NCBI GenBank assembly: GCA_964016885.1
Contig: OZ024742.1
Span: 309,938,001-310,002,000 of the forward strand
Source: Eledone cirrhosa
Lineage: Eukaryota
Length of the DNA stretch: 64,000 bases
Reading direction: 5' to 3'
This document shows, piece after piece, positions 56,227 through 64,000 of the stretch. A program made the position numbers and the translations under genes. The notes beneath the pieces were generated by a model. The model was not told the DNA's origin. It saw only the letters and a list, made by a program, of their open reading frames with translations, and searched no databases. The first letter of the stretch is position 1. Each line of letters starts with the position of its first letter.

Positions 56227-56279
<53 letters not shown>

Positions 56280-56568
56280 ATGTTTGTATGTACGTAAGTA
56301 TATTTGTGTGCCTGTGGGTATGTGTGAGAGAGTTAGTGTGTGTGTTTGTGTGTACGTGTTTCGGTTAAAATTCTAAAAAATACGGAATTAATTATTGTTG
56401 GTTCAAGGCCACGAACATGGCGGAATAAAGGTGTTTAACTGAACTGTGCTTAGTCAGCAGAAAATAGAGTATCAAAATGGAGAAATTAAGATAGAAGACA
56501 AAGAAAGAAAAAATCTAAAAATATGTGTGTTTATGTGTGTATGCATATATACATATATGTATGTGTGC

Positions 56569-56624
<56 letters not shown>

Positions 56625-56671
56625 AAGATATATATATACATATGTATATATATGCATGTATATATGTGTGC

Positions 56672-56760
<89 letters not shown>

Positions 56761-56852
56761 CACACACACACATATATATATATATACACATATATATGCA
56801 TGTATATGTATGTGCATATATATATATACATATATATATATGCATGTATATA

Positions 56853-56938
<86 letters not shown>

Positions 56939-57256
56939 TATATATATATATATACACACATATATATGCATGTATATGTATGTGCATATATATATATACA
57001 TATATAGATATGCATGTATATGTGTGTGCATATATATACATATGTATATATATATGCATGTATATGTGTGTGCATATATATACATATGTATATATATATG
57101 CATGTATATGTATGTGCATATATATATATATATATATATGCATGTATATGTGTGTGCATATATATATATATATACATATATACATATATATATATATGCA
57201 TGTATATGTGTGTGCATATATATATACATATGTATATATATATGCATGTATATGTA

Positions 57257-57287
<31 letters not shown>

Positions 57288-57454
57288 GATACACTCATAA
57301 CAAAATCAACGAATAATGAACTCAACAACAAAGAAAGAGGCAAAGAGAGAAGAGATGGAAATATGAAGTTATATATGAAATTGTTTGTAAAAGATGGCTG
57401 TTGAGGCAGGGTGGGCTTTAGAAGAAATTACAGTACGGATATCCCCGGAATAGG

Positions 57455-57574
57455 GTGTAGTAGTGGTAACAGTAGTGCTAGTAGTAATAGTGGTAGTTGT
57501 AGTGGTAGTCGTGGAAGTGGTAGCAGTGTTATTAGTACTAGTAGCGATAGTAGTTGTGGTAGTGGTAGTAGTAA

Positions 57575-57640
<66 letters not shown>

Positions 57641-57830
57641 CAGCAATGATAGAGGTTGTAGTAGTGATAGTATTAATGGTAGTAAACGAAGAAGAAGAAG
57701 AAGAAGAAGAAGAAGAAGAAGAAGAAGAAGAAGAAGAAGAAGAAGAAGAAGAAGAAGAAGAAGAAGAAGAAGAAGAAGAAGAAGAAGAAGAAGAAGAAGA
57801 AGAAGAAGGAGGAGAAGAAGAAGAAGAAGA
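57455..57830. repeat. (TAG)n followed by (GAA)n
   Basis: Direct inspection. Confidence 0.95.
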
Positions 57831-57883
57831 CCAACAACGACATTGACGCCAAGTAGTCTCCGAGAGAACAATAACTGCACAAT

Positions 57884-58100
57884 AATGGTTTCTTATATTG
57901 GCACAAAGCCAACAATTTGGGGGGAGGGGAAAATCAATTTAATCGACCCCAGTGCGTGACTGGTACTTTATTTTATCGACCCCGTAAGGATGAAAGGCAA
58001 AGTTAACTCCGGCAGGATTTGAACTCAGATCACAAAGGGCCATAACTCTATGCTGTAAAGCAAAGCGTCCGACCCTCTACCGATACTGCCAATCCACCGC
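57884..58100 (-). mobile_element. Full-length SINE
   Basis: A/B boxes and core as in the other copies. Confidence 0.9.
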
Positions 58101-58746
58101 AATCAACAGCAACAATAAAAAATGAGAACGCTTAGCATGCTAAAAATAACAGTCAAATCTCCTCCAAATCGCATTTTGCCGTTAGAAAAAAAAAATGAAG
58201 TACAAGACTCGCATAATGTAGTCCCAGGTACACTATATCCGAGCCAAGTTAGAAGTGATGGTTCTCGTTGGATTGTCTTTGTTCGTAGCTGTGCTTAGTC
58301 AGCACTGACTAACAACAACAATAAAACTATTTACGTAAGCACTAGTGCATCAAAAACACAACCAATATCAGCAAAAAGTAAAATAGACCTCAGGCGGTTT
58401 CGACGACGAGTGTTCCAGTTGTTCGACAACGGAACAGCCTGTTTATAACATTTAGGTGTAAGTGGCCGAACATTCGACTTACACGTATACACCTAACAGA
58501 TACAGTCTACTCAGGAAATTATTTGTGTATGTTGCTGAGAATTAAACCGACACGTCTATCCTTAACACAATACTCAGGGAGATTCAGTGTGACACAGTAT
58601 GTGACACGGCTGATGTTTTGAATTACAAGTACGGTCCATCCGATGGGCTTTCAAGCAGTTTCCGTCGACGCAATTTCACTCACAAGCCATATGACGATTG
58701 AAGGTTATGGTAAATAAAGTTTAGCCAAGATCAATGAAGTTTAGCC

Positions 58747-58934
58747 AAGAACTGTTAACTCTCCCCTTCCGACAGAGAGATCTCCCACCCACCTTAGAAT
58801 GGATGAGAGATGTCTTCTCTTTTGAAAATGGGTATAGCTTTCATTATATAAAATCTCCCCATTTTGCCTAATTTCTCCCCGTTTTGGGGCCCTTTTTTTA
58901 CATGGGATTTTAGTTTCTGAGGTTGGCAGGTCTG
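58747..58934 (-). mobile_element. hAT-type MITE copy
   Basis: Same family as 38075-38268. Confidence 0.7.
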
Positions 58935-59783
58935 CAAGATGTTTCACAAATGCATGGCCGAATGGTTAAACATTCACTTTGCAATCATTAGATTGATGGG
59001 GTTACCAACCAAGCAAGTAAACCCTCACTATAAGTAGATACATTGTTATAAAAGTGTTGAGAATTGAAAAAAAAAAAAAAAAAAAAAGAATAGCAACAAC
59101 AAACATTTGTTTTCGCTCATAACATGGTGGATACCCAAATCTACTTGTGAGTGAAAAATAATAATATTATAATAATATCATAAACAAATTTTTGTTGTTT
59201 TAAATTTCGGCAAAGCCAGCCGTAAAATCGCTCGATATGCAAATGAGGCTTATCAGCCGATGTATTCATTTTAGAATACTAGGTATTCTCAGCAGTTCCA
59301 GTGAGAAGCAGACACGAGAATACACAATCATGATAAGGAGAAAATACTCCGAAACAATTGTCGATTGTTTTCTCTCAGCTACCGCTGGAATAAGAGGATG
59401 AACTTATTCATCTAGAAAACACACATGGTGTTTATGAAGCTATTTACATACATACAAACAAACCGAATATTAATAATATTATCATATTATTATAATGCTA
59501 TTATTATTCACTCACGAATACATGATGAGGGTTGTCCTGTAGGAAAATGGGAGGGCAATACTGGAAATTGTGTCAGAATAGGATTAGTGGAATTAGTGGA
59601 ATTAAAAACAACTTAGAAGAAATATATTAAAGAAAACTACAAGAAAAAGAGAAGCAACAGAACACTTCACCAACTGTACATGTTATTTACATAGCAAAAA
59701 TACCTCTACTTCCATTATTCGCAAAACACTTCATTTTTATAACGTTTTAACCACATTCACATAACTGCCCAATCGTCATTCCA

Positions 59784-59829
59784 ATGATGATGATGATGAT
59801 AAAGATGATGATGATGATGATGATGATGT

Positions 59830-59861
<32 letters not shown>

Positions 59862-59944
59862 ATGATGATGTGATGATGATGATGATGATGATGATGTTGA
59901 TGATGATGATGATGATGTTGATGATGATGATGATGATGTGCTGA

Positions 59945-59976
<32 letters not shown>

Positions 59977-60018
59977 ATGATGGTGGTGGTGGCGGCGGTG
60001 GTGATGATGATAATGATA

Positions 60019-60051
<33 letters not shown>

Positions 60052-61257
60052 GTGGTGATGATGATGATTATGATGATGATGATGGTAACGGAAGATGAAC
60101 ACTGTGGTAATGAGGATTCTCTTGACGATGATACTGATTATGACGAGGATTAATTATGATGCAGGCGGTAATTATAATGATAACCATCATCAGTCTCTTT
60201 CCTCTTCTCCCTTATTTTTCTTTTTCTCTCCCCCCCCATCGTCCCCATTGACACCATCAACTACCACCACTACCACCACCACCACCACCAGCACCACTAC
60301 CACCACCAGCACCACCAGCACCACCATCACCATCACCACCACCACCAGCACCAGCACAAACACCAGCACTACCACCACCACCACCAACACCAGCACCAAC
60401 TGCAGCACCACTACTTCCACTCACTACCACTACCACTAACACCACCACCACTACCACCACCAGCACCACCACCAGCACCAACACCACTACCACCACCAGC
60501 ACCACCACCAGCACCACCACCACTACCACCACCAGCACCACCACCACCAGCACCAACACCAGTACCACCACTACCACCACCAGCACCACCACCACTACCA
60601 CCACCAGCACCACCACCAGCACCACCACCACTACCACCACTACCACCACCAGCACCACCACCACTACCACCACCAGCACCACCACCAGCACCACCACCAC
60701 TACCACCACTACCACCACCAGCACCACCACCACTACCACCACCAGCACCACCACCAGCACCACCACCACTACCACCACTACCACCACCAGCACCAACACC
60801 AGCACCAACTGCAGCACCACTACTTCCACTCACTACCACTACCACTAACACCACCACCACTACCACCATCAGCACCACCACCAGCACCACCACCATTACC
60901 ACCACTACCACCACCAGCACCAACACCAGCACCAACACCAGCACCAGCACAACCAGCACCAACACCAGCACCACCACCACCACTACCACCACCAGCACCA
61001 CCACCAGCACCACCACCACTACCACCACTACCACCACCAGCACCACCACCAGCACCACCACCACTACCACCACTACCACCACCAGCACCAACACCAGCAC
61101 CAGCACCACCACTACCACCACCAGCACCAGCACCACCACTACCACCACCACTACCACCACCAGCAGCACCAACACCAGCACCACCACTACCACCATCAAC
61201 ACCATCACCAACACCACCACCACCACCACCACCAACACCAGCACCACCACCAGCACC

Positions 61258-61288
<31 letters not shown>

Positions 61289-61311
61289 CCACCACCAACA
61301 ACAACATCAAC

Positions 61312-61342
<31 letters not shown>

Positions 61343-61470
61343 CCACCACCACCACCAACATCAACACCACCACCACCAGCACCACTACCACCACCAGCAC
61401 CAGCACCACCACTACCACCACCAGCACCAACACCACCACCATCACCACCACCACCACCACCAACACCAAC

Positions 61471-61501
<31 letters not shown>

Positions 61502-61524
61502 CCACCACCAACACCAACACCAGC

Positions 61525-61555
<31 letters not shown>

Positions 61556-62030
61556 CCATCACCAACACCAGCACCAGCACCACCAACACCATCACCAACA
61601 CCAGCACCACTACCACCACCACCACCACCACCACCAACACCAGCACCAGCACCACCATCACCACCACCACCACCACCACCACCACCACCACCAATACCAC
61701 CAACACCACCACCACCACCATCACCAACACCAGCACCAGCACCACCAACACCACCACCACCACCACCACCACCACCACCACCAACACCAACACTAGCACC
61801 AGCACCATCACCACCACCACCACCACCACCACCACCACCAACACCACCACCACCACCACCATCACCACCAACACCACCACCACCACTACCACCAATACCA
61901 CCACCACCACCACCACCACCACCACCAATACCACCACCACCACCACCAATACCACCACCACCACCAACACCATCACTACCACCACCAACACCACCACAGC
62001 AACAAATACAACCACCCACCCCCCATCATC
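59784..62030. repeat. (GAT)n tract and long (CAC/CAG/TAC)n tract
   Basis: Direct inspection. Confidence 0.95.
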
Positions 62031-62145
62031 AACAATACTAGCATGATAATAAAAGTAACAACAATCACAATTTTAAAATTGCTTCCTTCGTGGTACCTCC
62101 CTTAATTTCTATCTCTTGAGAATTCCAGGAAACGTAAAGATCTTC

Positions 62146-62227
<82 letters not shown>

Positions 62228-62283
62228 CTTCTTCTTCTTCTTCTTCTTCTTCTTCTTCTTCTTCTTCTTCTTCTTCTTCTTCT

Positions 62284-62330
<47 letters not shown>

Positions 62331-62456
62331 TTCTTCACACACATCTGTGTTTATCTCACAAAAAAAAACCTTTATATAACGCAAAAATAGAAACGAAAAA
62401 ATGTAAAAATGCAAAATGAATAAACAATAATACAAAAAAAAGAATTAATTATAATA

Positions 62457-62613
62457 ATTATTTCTACTTTTGGCACAAGGCCAGCAATCACCCAGTACAT
62501 TACTGGTATTTTATTTTGTCGACCCCGTAAGGATGAAAGGCAAAGTTAACCTCGGCTGGATTTGAACTCAGAATGGAAAGAGCCGTAACTCTATGCGTCA
62601 TAGATACTGCCAA
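62457..62613 (-). mobile_element. SINE
   Basis: Same family, with a deletion near the head. Confidence 0.85.
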
Positions 62614-62827
62614 TGTGGCCACAAGGGACTAACACGTTAGGGACACTGCGGGGACCATATGTAGTTAGGGGGTTAGAAATAATCGGAAAAACACAAAAAA
62701 AAACAACAACAAACAACCCCCATCCCTGCAGAATTAAAAAAACAAATCCCAAGTTAAGGGGAGAGACATTTTGTTCAGTTATGAGTAGTTTATATATACA
62801 TGTATATATATATATATATATATATGT

Positions 62828-62911
<84 letters not shown>

Positions 62912-63041
62912 ATATATATATATACAGGGTGTCTCAAAAATGTATACATACTTTTAGCAGAATGCTGTTGGAGTGTGTATACATTTTGGGGGGGACACTC
63001 TGTGTATACATGAATATATATATAAATATATATATATATTT

Positions 63042-63084
<43 letters not shown>

Positions 63085-63366
63085 TATATGTACACAACAG
63101 GGTTTCATAAAAGTAAAGTTAATTTATCGCTCTATGTAGAAAGGGGTCCCACTTGAGAAAGGTTGCTAACAGTATAGACATCGGCTGCCAACAAATGACG
63201 GTTTCTACTGATGAACAGCTCACAGTCACAGCTGCCTGTCTCATGTTTGTTTCTATCTCTTTCGCTCTTCCTATCTACACATTATATACCCACACACGCA
63301 CATACATGCACATTACAGACATACACGCATGCACACAGACACACACACACACACACTCACACACAC

Positions 63367-63470
<104 letters not shown>

Positions 63471-64000
63471 TTGCACGTGTGTGTGTTTGTGTGTTAGTTA
63501 GGTGTGCAACAACAGTTGCAGGCGACGCACCGTTCGAAGCACTCAATGCTTTAACGAGGTCCGTCTAGTTTGGGTTGTATTTCAGAGTTAAGGCAGCTGT
63601 AGTGCGCAGACTGCAAATGGATTTAAAAGAATCGAAGTTGTCTTGCAGTATATCTACACACTTATTTGCATATTACTATTGTTTCACAATCGATCAGCTC
63701 AGGGAACAATCAAGATGAGGCGGCCCGACCCTTTTTCGACATGGGTCCCGGAATGTTCCTACTGACTTTGAATTGACTCCATTTTCCATTTCATTGTAAA
63801 TTTATATAACTATCAATATAGAATAGATGAAAGGCCAGTAATTTGAAGGAGAGGGGAAAGTAGATTAAATCAACCCCAGTGCATTACTGGTACTACCGTA
63901 GGGTGGTTTTTCTGCTAGCATGTGTAGTGTGTATATTGATATTATACACAAATATATATGCATGTAAATATGATACATCAAATAAAATCGTATTTGACAA

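Noticed and set aside
60257-62019. Gly-rich and Val-rich ORFs of 399-534 aa
   Set aside because: Trinucleotide low-complexity tract open in multiple frames; a structural-protein exon cannot be supported from sequence alone

Overview
Repeat-saturated, AT-rich animal DNA, most likely intronic or intergenic. The SINE families look like those of octopus/cephalopods (recognised by eye, not searched). No host protein-coding exon could be supported, and most long ORFs are microsatellite translations. Conventional content: a full-length but frameshifted Tx1-like LINE with an 18-bp TSD, a 5'-truncated R4/Dong-like RT+RLE element in (CATA)n, a CR1/L2-type LINE, an internally deleted RTE, a deleted mariner, Tc1- and hAT-type MITEs, and many tRNA-derived SINEs. 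The main unexplained signal is a dense population of short non-coding elements next to (TA)n tracts that carry type I hammerhead ribozymes (HHRs). I folded 12 canonical-core and about 10 variant-core motifs by hand, in roughly 10 sequence-unrelated families. Many occur as head-to-head fold-back insertions, and two families occur as tandem units (687 nt and ~593 nt) resembling retrozymes or Penelope pseudo-LTRs. Variants include a C3:G8 to G3:C8 swap between the two arms of one hairpin, a U3:A8 family, a U4A family, and a recurrent U-U pair at the base of stem II. All folds are manual and catalytic activity is untested.
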